Source: Eukaryota sp. TZLM1-RC
Lineage: Eukaryota > Protista > Metamonada: BaSk clade
NCBI GenBank assembly: GCA_040285825.1
Contig: JAUPSS010000010.1
Span: 248,001-312,000, forward strand
DNA: 64,000 bases
Reading direction: 5' to 3'
Below are positions 50,680 through 62,357 of the stretch, one piece after another. The position numbers and the translations under genes are program-made. Numbering within the stretch: position 1 is the first letter of the stretch; each line of letters opens with the position of its first letter. The notes under the pieces were generated by a model. That model was not told the origin of the DNA. It worked only from the letters and a program-made list of their open reading frames with translations, and ran no database searches.

Positions 50680-52440
50680 TTGATTCCATTCTGGAATTCA
50701 CAGTGGAAAAATTACTTGTTGAATTCAAAGAAAAAATTGAATTCTAAACTAAACATTTCATCTAGAAATAAGGAAAATGCAAATCTGTTCTTCCACATCA
50801 GGGAATCAAATGTACGACCACAATCTTCGAAAAGTATTCTTAAGTCATCTAAAATTGAGACCTTTGTTTCCAATGTTTGATTATTGGCCATGAACCAATT
50901 GATTTTTTCATTAGTGACGTCAATGTCCTCTTTATAAATTATGATCAGTCTGGTTTTCGTTTTTTGGGTTGTTATCTCGGAAATATTGAAGAAGTCAAAG
51001 GCCAACTTTCGACTCTGTTGACTCAATTTGGAAATGAATTAGAATCAATAGAAATTTAAATATTGAGAAACATTTGAAATTCTTTTCCCTAAAAATTTGT
51101 TATTCTGGAAAATTTACTCATATTTTGAGATCAACATCACCATCAATTTCTTTGGAGTTTTGTCGAATTTTTAATGAACAAAGAACCAATTTTTTAGCAA
51201 AATTATTGGAAATTGATGCATCTCAGTTACGAAGCCACATTTTTTGTGGTACAAATTTTGGTGGTGTTGATTTTCAGAAATCAAGCTACCTTTGTAAAGC
51301 TGCCTTTATTGGAGGAGGTAAAAATTTTATTTATGAATTGGTGAATCGTTTTCCTGAAAAAATTGATCTCATTGAAAATTGTGGCAGCTCTTATCTTATT
51401 TCTTTGCAACAGGAAATTGAAACTCTTTCACCCAATATTTGGTCTAAATGTTTCCCCTCTGATATTGTGGAACTTCCTCCAAGAAGCTTGCTCTCCTTAC
51501 CACTGACTTTTGCAAAATTGCAGAAAAAAATCTTGAAAGTTTTAGAAAACTTGGATTATATTGTACGTCTTAGCTTGGCTAAAGAAAAAAATCCCGTTTT
51601 TGCAAACTTTTTGATTGACATTGAAGACAGTTGCTCAAGTTGCCTAATCTCCCAAATTCCCAACATTTATGGCCTTCTACTTAATGATCACCAATGGACC
51701 ACTGCAATGAGAATTAGATGTTTTCTATGGCCTTGTTCTTTACCAAATGATTTAATTTGTCGCTGTAAGAGTGTTGTTACGCTTTCCCATATTTTAAACT
51801 GGAAGTATTTTATAACTTATCGCTCAATTGTTCATGACTCAGTTCGTGATCAATTATTTGCCATGTGCAAAAGTTTCAATATAGAGGCATTTATTGAGCC
51901 ATTAGTACGTAAGCTGTCTTCAGATCACACTGATGATTCCTTTGGTAAAAGAAGGGCAGATTTAGTAGCTCCAGGGATCGATGGTGTTCTCAATGTTGTA
52001 GATGTTGTCTCAGTTGATGTTTGCAAAAATTCTGCTGCTCGTTTAGTGTATTCCGCAGATTCGCCGTTATTTAACGCCGAAAAAAAGAAGATAAAAAAAT
52101 ATGAAGAACCTTTGGCACAGTTAGGTAGAGTGGAACATGTGAAATATCAGTTTGTGCCGTTTGCAATTTCTCTTTTTGGCAATATTGGACCTTCAGGGTT
52201 GCACTTTTTTGAAAATTTCAAAAAAGTGTTACTGAATAGGTCTGGTAAAACAATGAATTCCACTTTCTGGTTAAATAGAATTGTTTTTTGCATTTTCAAG
52301 TCTATTCCAACAATGATTTCAAAGGCACTTTTAGCTATTGGTGTAAAAATATGAACGTAATGCTGTGAGTAGGTTCAGTAATAGTGACGCTTGTTTGGAG
52401 GATATTGAATTCTAGATAGATTTTTTTTATCTCAATAAAT
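50680..52440 (+). mobile_element. 5'-truncated RLE non-LTR element (RT thumb to endonuclease, 50880-52413), with a short minus-strand RLE 3' piece at 50680-50880
   Basis: FRFLGCYLG, KFTHILRS, FGGV, CRC...HDSVRD, KRRADL, KIKKY, FWLNRIVF, EDIEF stop and AATAAA. Confidence 0.88.
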
Positions 52441-52832
52441 ATTCCAGTTAAAAAAATGGTACCAAAAATGGAAATCTTAAGTGGGTCAAATTTGTTGTTT
52501 CAGCCTCGTACTGTGTTTGATGTCGATGATGAACTTCGTATTCTCATTTGCTGGATTGTTCTGCAATTTGAGTCTATGTTGAACGTCAGAATTGGAAGTT
52601 CTATTCCAAGGAGATACAGTTGTACAATTAATTATTTGTTCACTTCCACAATACCATCCACATTGAATGTCACCTCATTTTAGGCTCATACTGAAGATTA
52701 CTTAATCAACAAGTGGTTCTAAACGAAAAGATGCCTATCCTGAAAGATTATAAATACAATCATCATAATCATGATCATGTGGTTGCTTTTTTTGAGTAAA
52801 TTTACCACATGAAACAAACTTTATGGTGAATG

Positions 52833-53930
52833 TGATGCCGTTAGGCAGATGAACACACGAAGAAGAGAGAGAAATCTGAGTTTATTAATAAAACTGATTC
52901 ATAAATGAGTATCACGTCATCAGTCGAAATACAAAGAAACCTACTAATTCAATTTGAGTTCAACAACAACACTACTTTTTCCCACTTTTCTGAGGACAAA
53001 TACAGTACTGTCTCAATAGAGGGAAGATATGGGGTTTGTTAAACTCTTTGGTGCATCGTTTGTGTGACACAAATAATTTACCTCATGTTTGATTTTAGTT
53101 GGACAATCGCGGGAGATGTGTCCAGGCTTGTGGCACTTGAATCACGATTGATTTTTTAAATCCTGAGAGCGCCAAGAGGACCTCGTTTTAGTGCCAGCCG
53201 TACGTTCCACATCATTCACTGAGGTTTTGAAACCACGAGTCCATGAAGCAACCCTAGAGCAGTCCAACAGCTCATCAGTAGTGGTTTCGACAAGAGAGTG
53301 AAGATCTGGGAATACATCATCTCGAATTCTCGCTAGTAGAGAACGTTGAAGACCTACGGGAAGAATTCCTCTGGCAAATCGATTCAGAAAAGCTGTGTCT
53401 GGTAACTTCAGTCCGGAAGCCCTACTCTTTACCTGGAGGAAACGTCGCAGGTAACAGGACATACGTTCTCGGACGTCACCAATACGGACATCAAGCTTCA
53501 GTTCTGACATAGCCAGACTAAAATCTTCGTACGTGGCGAACGATACGACAGATTGAAGATGTCTAAGAAGAACATCGTCACTGGAAGAGACGTCGGATTT
53601 CTGGAGAGATAGGGACTCTAACAGAAAAGAATCGACCAAGAGTCTTGCTGGAACAAGCTCTTTCTTAGAAGTCACAGAAGAATAGATCTTCCACTCTTGT
53701 AGGAACAAGAGAACACTTTCAACTTTCATGGAAGAAAGAGACGGGAGGTTGACAGAAGGAACAGTCATCTGAAATAAGAAGGGCCAATAATTATTGATGC
53801 CGTTAGGCAGATGAACACACGAAGAAGAGAGAGAAATCTGAGTTTATTAATAAAACTGATTCATAAATGAGTATCACGTCATCAGTCGAAATACAAAGAA
53901 ACCTACTAATTCAATTTGAGTTCAACAACA
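52833..53930 (-). mobile_element. Complete Gag-only mini LTR element (family C, 1098 bp)
   Basis: LTRs 52833-52971 and 53795-53930 identical apart from one terminal ACA; 4-bp TSD AATG; palindrome 53785-53796; PPT GAAAAGTGGGAAAAAGTAG; no pol. Confidence 0.95.
53010..53768 (-). CDS. gag: Gag of family C element (208 aa to TGA at 53142; the reading frame continues through the zinc knuckle to ~53010)
   Basis: TGA replaces the first Cys of (C)FKCHKPGHISRDC; aligned along its length with the array Gag (LLFLQxWK, LVPARLLVD, GDVRER, RIRD, RVASW, KHEVN). Confidence 0.85.
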
Positions 53931-54546
53931 AATGTTGCTTCTCATAAATAGGAAATTTATTGACTCTCTTAAATCACTTTCATCTAGATCATTAAAGATA
54001 AAGATAAACACTGAATTTTCAAAAAATTGTTGAATCACAAGGGCTTTGTACACAGCCACAATTGTTACAATGTTGACATGTAGAAAGGTAATGTGAATTT
54101 GTCCACATTGAGATTTGAAGAAAACATTATTTAATTATTTTTACATAAAGTATCAATTGATTAAGATAGTTAAGAACCGTTTAATAGCCATGAGCAACCA
54201 GTAGTAGTTAAGGGTTGTCTTAATTGAGTTGTAATATAATAAACTATAAATTTAATGGCTTAATTCACAACATTCAATATCATCAACATCATTGATGACC
54301 TTGACAATACCTAAAGAATGAACTCTCGTGGTCAAATAAAGCTTGAAATAGTTGAGTCAGTGAATCATTGGATTTAAAAACAAAAACTAATGAAGACTTA
54401 TTATCTCCATTCCAAAATATTGATTCAATGGCTCTTTGGTTCTTGTATAAAATCAGACAGATTTATTTTAATCTTGGATTGTAAAAAGGTGATGTGTACT
54501 ATGAGATTTGAAGAAAGATCTTATCGAATTATTTTTACATCAAATA

Positions 54547-55002
54547 CTATTTAGACTTTGCGGCCAATTTATTAGCAGCCTCAGCAGCAGCTGTTATCGT
54601 CTTCAAGCAAGTTTCCACAACCAAGCCACCAATAATCATCTCGTTAAGCAAGAAATGAACCTTTTCAGCGTTGAAAATAATGTCCAATTCGCAGATACTT
54701 TCAAAGAGATGGTCGAGGCATTCTACAAAGATTTGGATAAGGTCGAGAATGGCTAATTCACTCTCTGCTTCATCAATGAGGAATGCAAAATAGAGAGTAG
54801 CATAATGACGATAGACCAGACGGACGTTGGAACCCCATAGGTCTACATGCTCAACGAAGTTACACGCATCTGCTGACCTCGAAGAAAGCGATTTGAAGAT
54901 TGACTTTATGGCTTCCTGTTGTTGTATGTCAGATATGCGCTCATAGAATTTGGCAAGACGCACGACTCCTGAGTTGTTTATGATGAGGACTGCTCTAATC
55001 AT
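54547..55002 (-). CDS. AP3S: AP-3 adaptor complex sigma subunit
   Basis: RLAKFY, RSADACNF, VYRHYATLYF, ESELAILDLIQIFVECLD, CELDIIF, GGLVVET; the CNF and SELAILDLIQ motifs point to sigma-3. Confidence 0.85.
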   Translation of the reverse strand: MIRAVLIINNSGVVRLAKFYERISDIQQQEAIKSIFKSLSSRSADACNFVEHVDLWGSNVRLVYRHYATLYFAFLIDEAESELAILDLIQIFVECLDHLFESICELDIIFNAEKVHFLLNEMIIGGLVVETCLKTITAAAEAANKLAAKSK

Positions 55003-55749
55003 GCTTTGAGAAAGGGAAAAATATCAGATTTCAATTGTTGATGAAACAATTATTTAGAACTTTTACTTCTCAATGAACTCTTTAAAAACATAATTAATAG
55101 AATGAAATTCATTTAACCAAACTTTACTCTCCAAACCCTCGAAATATTGATAAATTATTTTGAGGAGCGAACAAATTGAGTGAGGGGCATATAAAGCAAA
55201 ATCGTTTACACTTTCTCCAATCACTAATGACTTATGATATAAATTTTCTATAATGTTTTAGGGACGTGTATATTTGGTATAAATACACGAAATTTTTGAA
55301 AACAATTTTGAAGAGCTTTTAATTTTCCGACTTATGATGTGATGTCCTTGTTGACCCGAGTTTGATCGTGTTTACTGGCAGAACAGGGTTGTATTTCCTA
55401 TTTTTGAAAAAATAAATTTAATTTCTGATTCACTCTCCTCTTTTGGGAAATTTTCTGAATCTTCAGTAATTTATTGCTTTGATGTAGGGGAGGCAGGTTT
55501 TAAGGATGTGGAGCTTTAGTTGTGTATTTCATGATTTTATTCTTTATTTGATAAATCAAAAAAATTGTTCAATGTTGACCCGAAGTTTTAAATTCCCTAA
55601 TTTCTCAGACAAAGAGTTTTTACAAATACGTGATAACATTACTTCAAGCACTTAAATAGGTTCACTAGCGAGTTCATTCTTAAAAGTAGAACTCCATTCT
55701 TCTCAAAAATGATAAACAGAGTATTCAATCTTACTGTTGCTAAAATATC

Positions 55750-56434
55750 TTGCTGTTGTGAAACTACAGCAGTCTGTTTTAAATTGTTTTGAAGACCTGG
55801 ATTTTTCTAAATGACTTAGTGTGACTAAAATTAATAATCCTGTCTTTGCTGCCCTTTTGTCAAACATTCAAAGTTGCACTAGTTTAATTTCTCAACAACC
55901 AAGGCCATTTGGTCTTCACTTAACAAATGAAGCTTAAAAACAAAACATGCGTTTGAGACTGAGGTTGTATTTAAGTGGACTTCAGATAATTCAACTTGTA
56001 TTTGCAATTAAAAGCCGACTGCCAATTTCTGTCATATTGTGAGTTGTAGGAAGTTTCTTCAATATCGGTCAGTTCTTCTTAATGCTGTTCCTGATATAAC
56101 CTTTGAAATGTTTCAGTGTTACAATTTCAGATGCAAAGTAGAATTTTTGTTGAAGCATTATAGCGATAAAAATTTGTTTGATTCTCGTCGTGGTGATTTA
56201 ATTGCTCCTTTTAAGGATTCCTCTCAGGTTGTAATAATTTTACTACTGTAGACGCCGTTGCTTCAATTTACCGTGATGATGCCTTAGTTAGTTCTAATGG
56301 CCACTTGGACAATGCCGAGGTTCGTAAATGAGACAAATATGATGAGTCATTGAATGATTTAAATAAGAACCTTTGCTCGAAGTTTTCTGTTGTTCCTTTT
56401 GCCTTCTCGAGTTTTGGTACTATTTGTCAGTTTG
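55750..56434 (+). mobile_element. Degenerate RLE non-LTR fragment (same family as 60480-61936)
   Basis: Similar to 61045-61740 (QQPRPFGLHLTNE, SRRGDLIAPF). Confidence 0.8.
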
Positions 56435-59400
56435 TGATGGTCTTCGGCTATGATTAGGATTAATACAGTACACGTAGTGTAATTTATTACAGAGAAAAGA
56501 ATTTCCCTCAACTTAAACTAGAAGTAAATAACAATAAACTATAATACTATTCAAGACTAACACTGTCTTTTCCTCTCTTTGGAGCCACGAGCCCTAGAAG
56601 CTCTTGTCAGAGGTGGAGAAGTACTAGTTTGGGACGTTCCTTGGGAGGAGCATATTTAGTACAACAACGTGCTGTCGTGCTCTTGATAAAGTCTTGATAC
56701 GGGGCAGTATTTCGGACAGTAGACAAATGTTCGGTGGTGATCTCTTTTCCAGGCCATTGCACTTGGCAATAATCAACGTCCTGGCTGAGTACCTTTTGAT
56801 GATGTGTTTTTCGACATTACTTGCAGCAACCCATAAGAGGAACTCATCGTTGGCAGGCAGGCTTGACCGCCAGGGAGTAAGATGTTTAACGCTAGCCTGG
56901 ACAATCGTACTAGTGCAGAGGTTCTTGATTTTCACGGACGAATTCGACACGATATCGGTTATTAGAAAAGGTCCTAAATAATCTCCATGCAGCTTAGCAG
57001 AAGAGCAAGAAGCTCTTAATACCAATTGACCAACATCAAAAGGATTTGGAGTTGTTGATCTAATCAGCTTGGAAGCTTTGGAAGCTTGATGGTGTACTGC
57101 CTTTTCCTGTTTTTCTTTCAACCTACGAAATTGAGATTGAATTTCTTGAATAAAAGTTGACTCAGACGTCGATCTTTCAATGATTTCAAGGATTTTGATA
57201 AAATCAGATCTGGGCAACACATCAGAGCCAAAAATCACTTGGTATGGCGTGTGGGTTGTTATAGAGCTCGTGAATGAGTTGATCAATAATTGCACATAGG
57301 GCAAATATTCGTACCACACATGGTAGGCGTTGAAGTCTACGAGCAATATCCTCAGATTTTACAGAATGTCTCTGTGTCGGCGCTCTACCATAAAGTTGGA
57401 CTGAAACAATCTGGGAATTGACTTAGACACCTCTATGCCCAAAAATTTGCTCAATTCATCAAAGACAGCCTTGAAAAATCCGGGTCCATTATCACTGTGT
57501 CTTTGGAATGGGATGCCAAAGCTGGCACAAACTTTCCAGATTAATGCATCTGCGGTAAGATTAACATTCTTCTGATGCTTGAGATATTCGATGATTGAAT
57601 TCAGTTTCAGGTAATAGTAATGTACGACATGCGTCATCCATACTAATGTATATGCCCTTGCTGTTTATTAGTACTACGTGACTCAACAAGTCCGCACCAA
57701 TGAGAATGGTTTCATGTCCAGGAACGATGCTAAACTTGTGTTTCACATGTACGATCTGGAACTGTGAGGTGGTTCCATCAGCAATTTTGTAGGAAATGGT
57801 TTCGTTGGTACGTACCATGTTGCACCAGAGTCAATGATGCCTTTAACTTCAACATTGTTGATCGAGAAAATTAGATGTAGGCAATTTGATGTTGAGTTCA
57901 TGGATTGGATCATAAAATATTCTATCAGAATCATATCCAGCTTGTTCTGAGAAAAAATTGGTTTGGGAGCTAGTTAACTTTGAAGGTTCCAAGCTAGACA
58001 GTGGGTTGATTAGGTAATCTTCCCATGATTTGCTTTCTGTATGTGTGTGAGGGTGTGATGTCGTTGTAGGAAGTATGGTTTCAAAGACACGTAAATATTG
58101 ACGGGAACGTTTTTTAAAAGATGAAGAAGCTCTGCCTCTGCCGCGAGTACCTCTTCTGCTACGGAAACCAAAACCTCTATAAATTCTGCCTCGAGCCTGT
58201 TGCTGAACCTGTTGCTCTCTCCATTTCTTACTTCGTTGGCAGTCCTCACTTGGGCACCTTTCAGTCAGAAAACCCTTTTGTTTGCAGAAATTTCATTGCA
58301 CTTCAGCGCATGGTGAAGACGTTTGTGGCTACCTCTCCTCTTACTAGGTTTGAGGCGTTTAGTTGGGCCAGAACCTCGTTGTTTGGGGATGTCAGGTGGG
58401 AAGGGTACCACCAGTGGAGGTCAGCATAAAACCTGGTGCTGATGTGTGATCTGGTTTTGGTAGCTGAAATCAACATGATTCACTTGTTCCATGTAGAATC
58501 TGGCGTAACAGAAATTTTCGTATTCTATCTGAAGAACACTAAAGAATTCACCCAGAGTGTGACCTTTTGATGAATAATGTGAGGGGGAGGACCATATTCT
58601 CAAGAGTCTGTCCCTGATGGAGGTAATTCCTACACTTTCTGAAACATAAGTAGTAACTACCCAGTAAGAAATTCTATCCGCGGGAGAAGTAGAACTAATT
58701 GAAAAGGTGCTCAATTGTTGAGAAGGACTTCTAACATCTTGAGTGGCGGTGGAGCGAGTAAGGACTCTACCGAGGTTGACCATGAAGTCAATCCACCTGT
58801 TACCGTAGTCCCTTTTGGTTCAGTCCATGTTTGTTGCTAGGAGAGCTCGATCAGACTTATCCAGTCTGGTAAATTGTGTTCTTCTCAAAATTTGAGCCCA
58901 GATCATCCGTTTGTCTTTTGAGGTTGGAACCGTTGGAGAGGATATGATAAGGTTGGAACCTTGGTATCTGAGGGCATTAAGAACTTTAGGAGTAACACAT
59001 TCAGCGAGGCCTCAAAGGTTCATCCTCATGGCTTGATGCAACAAGTCCCATTCATGAATTGGTTCACTGGAAATGTTTCCAAAGTATTCATCGGAAGGAC
59101 GCTGGTAAACCTTCTCTAGCTTGTTCCAGTTCATCACGAAGTCTGCCAACTTCGTTAGCTGAAGCAAACTGAGCTGGATTCTCTATATTACCTCTAGTGT
59201 CTCTTTGGACTCAATCAGTACAACTCAATAGGATAAATTTGTTAAAAAAAATTTAGAAGTTTGTCAGCGTCTCTCAGTTCCGCTGCATCGAGGAAAGAAC
59301 GTTTAGGGCAATCCCTACGTCTGCCATCTTGATTTTTTTGATCCAATCATGGAAGAGTGGAGAGGGTTACTTTCATAAGTACCTGAAAATGGGAAGTGAC

Positions 59401-60275
59401 TTGTTCTCACTGTTGAATCGCAGTTGGAAGACAGTGGAACCAGGAAATGGAGGTGTATATGGTGCCATAGGTTGAGAAGCTGGTTGAACTGATGCTGGAG
59501 TTTGTTGAACTGAAGAAGTTACTGATTGTCGAACTGTGATCTCAAAATTCATGGAAAATTCACTGCTGACTTCAACAACTTTGTTTGCAGCATTTTGATC
59601 CATTGGGGGTTCAACAAATGTTTCCATGGGTTGGTCAGAGGAAGGTGGAACTTCACTCTGTTGAGGTTCGGGGGAAGGTTGGATTTTCTTAATCTGGGCT
59701 GGTACCTGGTATGAATATATTGCTGGTTGAACCAAGCGAATCTTTTCAATACGACCCTCAACCATAACCCTTTTTAGCATTCTGGACTCAATACGTCCAG
59801 GGAAAACTGTAACAAGCTGGAAAGCTCTTTGAACATTTCCTGATCTTCTGTGGTCAGGACCACATTATGACGCGATATGGTCAGGACGTCGATCATAAAG
59901 AAAAAGTTTTTTACCATATGTGGTTTCGGTGAAACACCACCCTGTTCTGTGATCTCTATCAATAAGGATATCGAGAGAGGCGTTATACCCAGGGCTGAAC
60001 CTAGGGTATGGACAGGGGTTGTATATTTTAATGAAGAGCTTATCTTTGTCTCCAGCACAGCATCTAAAGACACCCACTCTGGTTGTCCTCATAGGAGTAG
60101 AATGACTAGCATGTGCAGGTGAAACAGTGAGGTTGTTTACTCCACTTACTGTGGCAATTGTAATTGGAAATCCTGAAGGTGGTACGACAGGATATTGGAT
60201 GGCTCTCCTTATAGTTGGAACTAAAGAAGGCTGTTGAAAGTGAGAGGGTGCATGAAAACCAAAATTATTCAATGA
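56435..60275 (-). mobile_element. Degenerate family A copy with 3' LTR (56435-56562), RT-RNase H deleted near 57565, and 5' end missing
   Basis: Integrase, protease, knuckle, capsid-like region and the unknown domain all align to 3560-10150; HRISQASE is joined directly to NLTADALIW. Confidence 0.88.
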
Positions 60276-60289
60276 CAGTGTTTAATTCA

Positions 60290-62355
60290 ACAAAGGTTCT
60301 TTGATAAACGAAATTCTTGCAGTTTGTGTCATATTAAAAACAGTGTCTCTAAGAGCATCGTGTAATGAAGAACGATAAGTTGTCAATTTTGAACAATTCA
60401 GAGCATGTCGCAAAGTGAGCTGGGGTCAATTCGAACATATGCATTTTTGTTTTGATAATAATTGATTATTTTTATCAAATACGTTGATTATGAGGAAGAT
60501 GCGATTCGTTTTCTTGGCTCTTATTTTGGAAATTGTGAAAAAGTTAAATCGATTTTGTCAGGTATTTTGGGAAAGATCAAGCAGTAACTTTTAGCTATTC
60601 AAGATTCAGAAATTGACAAACATTTAGCGTTTTCGGTCCTAAATGTGTGTTTTGGATCAAAAATTAATCACCTTCTTCGTTCTTTATCCCCCACAATTTC
60701 TCATGATTTTGCACGTCAATTTAATACTTTGAGAACAAATTTCTTAGGAGATTTAGTAGAAGTTTGTCCATCAAAAATTCCTTATCATGCATTTGTTAGT
60801 CCTAAATTTGGTGGAGTTGGTTTTTCAAAAGCAGAGTATTTATGCAAAAGTGCTTTTATTGGTGGTATGAAAAATTTTCTTTTTGAGTGGAAACTTCGTT
60901 TTGATCATATTCCTTTGAATGAATCACATCCTTTGTTAATTTCTCTTGAAAACATGGTGCAGGAACTACCTGTTGATGTGTGGAATAAGTGTTTTCCTTC
61001 ATGTTTGCCCTCTGTACCTTCGAGATCTTTTACCAATCTTCATCTTGCTGTTGTGAAATTACAGAAGTCTGTTCTAATTGGTTTTGAAGACCTGGATTTT
61101 TCTAAACGACTTATTGTGACTAAGATTAATAATCCCGTCTTTGCTGCCTTTTTATCAGACATCCAGAACTGCACTAGTTTAATATCTCAGCAACCAAGGC
61201 CATTTGGTCTTCACTTAACAAATGAAGCATGGAAACAAAACATGCGGTTGAGATTGGGGCTGTATCCAAGTGGTCTTTTGGATAATTCTGTTTGTATTTG
61301 TAACGAAAAACCTACTGCCAATTTCCGTTATATTGTTAGTTGTAAGAAATTCCTTCAATATCGGTCAGTTCTTCATAATGCCGTTCGTCATGTGACATAT
61401 GAGATGTTCAAGTGTTACAATTTTAGTTGCAAAGTAGAACCGTTGTTGAAGCATTATAGTGATAATAATCTGTTTAATTCACGTCGAGGTGATTTAATTG
61501 CTCCTTTTGTGCATTTTTTGTGGATTCCTCTCAAGTTGTTGTTGAATTTACTACAGTTGATCCCTTTGCTTTTATTTATCGTGATGATGTTTTACTTAGT
61601 GCTAATGGTCATTTAAACAAGGCTGAAGATCGTAAAAGAGATAAATATACTGAGATATTAAATGATTTAAATAAGAATCTTTACTCGAAGTTTTCGTTTG
61701 TTCCTTTTGCCTTTTCGATTTTTGGCAACATTGGACAGTCCGCCTTGAATTTTATCAATGATTTTGGTAATTTGTGTCGTTCAAGTGGTAAGAATTTTGC
61801 AGGGAATTTATGGAAGAATCGTATCATTTTCGCTTTGTACAGAAGTGTTCCCAAGTACTTGAGTTTAATGATGTCCAAGCTGTATAAGGATTCATCAAAA
61901 GTTGGCGTAGAGAATTTTGTTTCTTATGTGTTTTAGTTTGTTTTGTTATGTTTTGTTATTTTTTTTAATAATTGATTAATGGGGATATTTAAATATAATC
62001 TCATTTTTGTTACAAACAGTGAAGAATCTGATGACTGGTTTTCACAAACACCCTGTTCCAATAACAATGAGTGGAGGTCTTGATTTAAAACAGCCGAGCT
62101 GCATAAATTACTATAAAGATTTTTTGATACATTCCAGTCAATCGTTTCTGTAATGTTCGAAGAGTCTATTTTAAATTTACAATTTTTTTCAGGAATATTG
62201 CCATTGAATAATTGAGGAAAGCATCGACTCCATTTTTCTACATCAATTTTTGAAATTTCATTATTTAATGCAAAAACAGTGAAGCTGTGTGCTGTCATTA
62301 GAAAATCTTCCCAATCGACAAATCTTTCAGAAAACTCAAATATTGCATTTCTGCA
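60290..62355. mobile_element. RLE non-LTR fragments: 60290-60470 (-), 60480-61936 (+, RT thumb to endonuclease), 61960-62355 (-)
   Basis: IRFLGSYFG, KINHLLRS, FGGVG, CIC...SC...HNAVR, RRGDL, KRDKY, WKNRIIF. Confidence 0.82.
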
Positions 62356-62357
62356 TC

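Noticed and set aside
54080-54275. Short diverged duplicate of 54480-54547 followed by an LTR-like AT-rich stretch
   Set aside because: No TSD or second copy visible; too weak to call.
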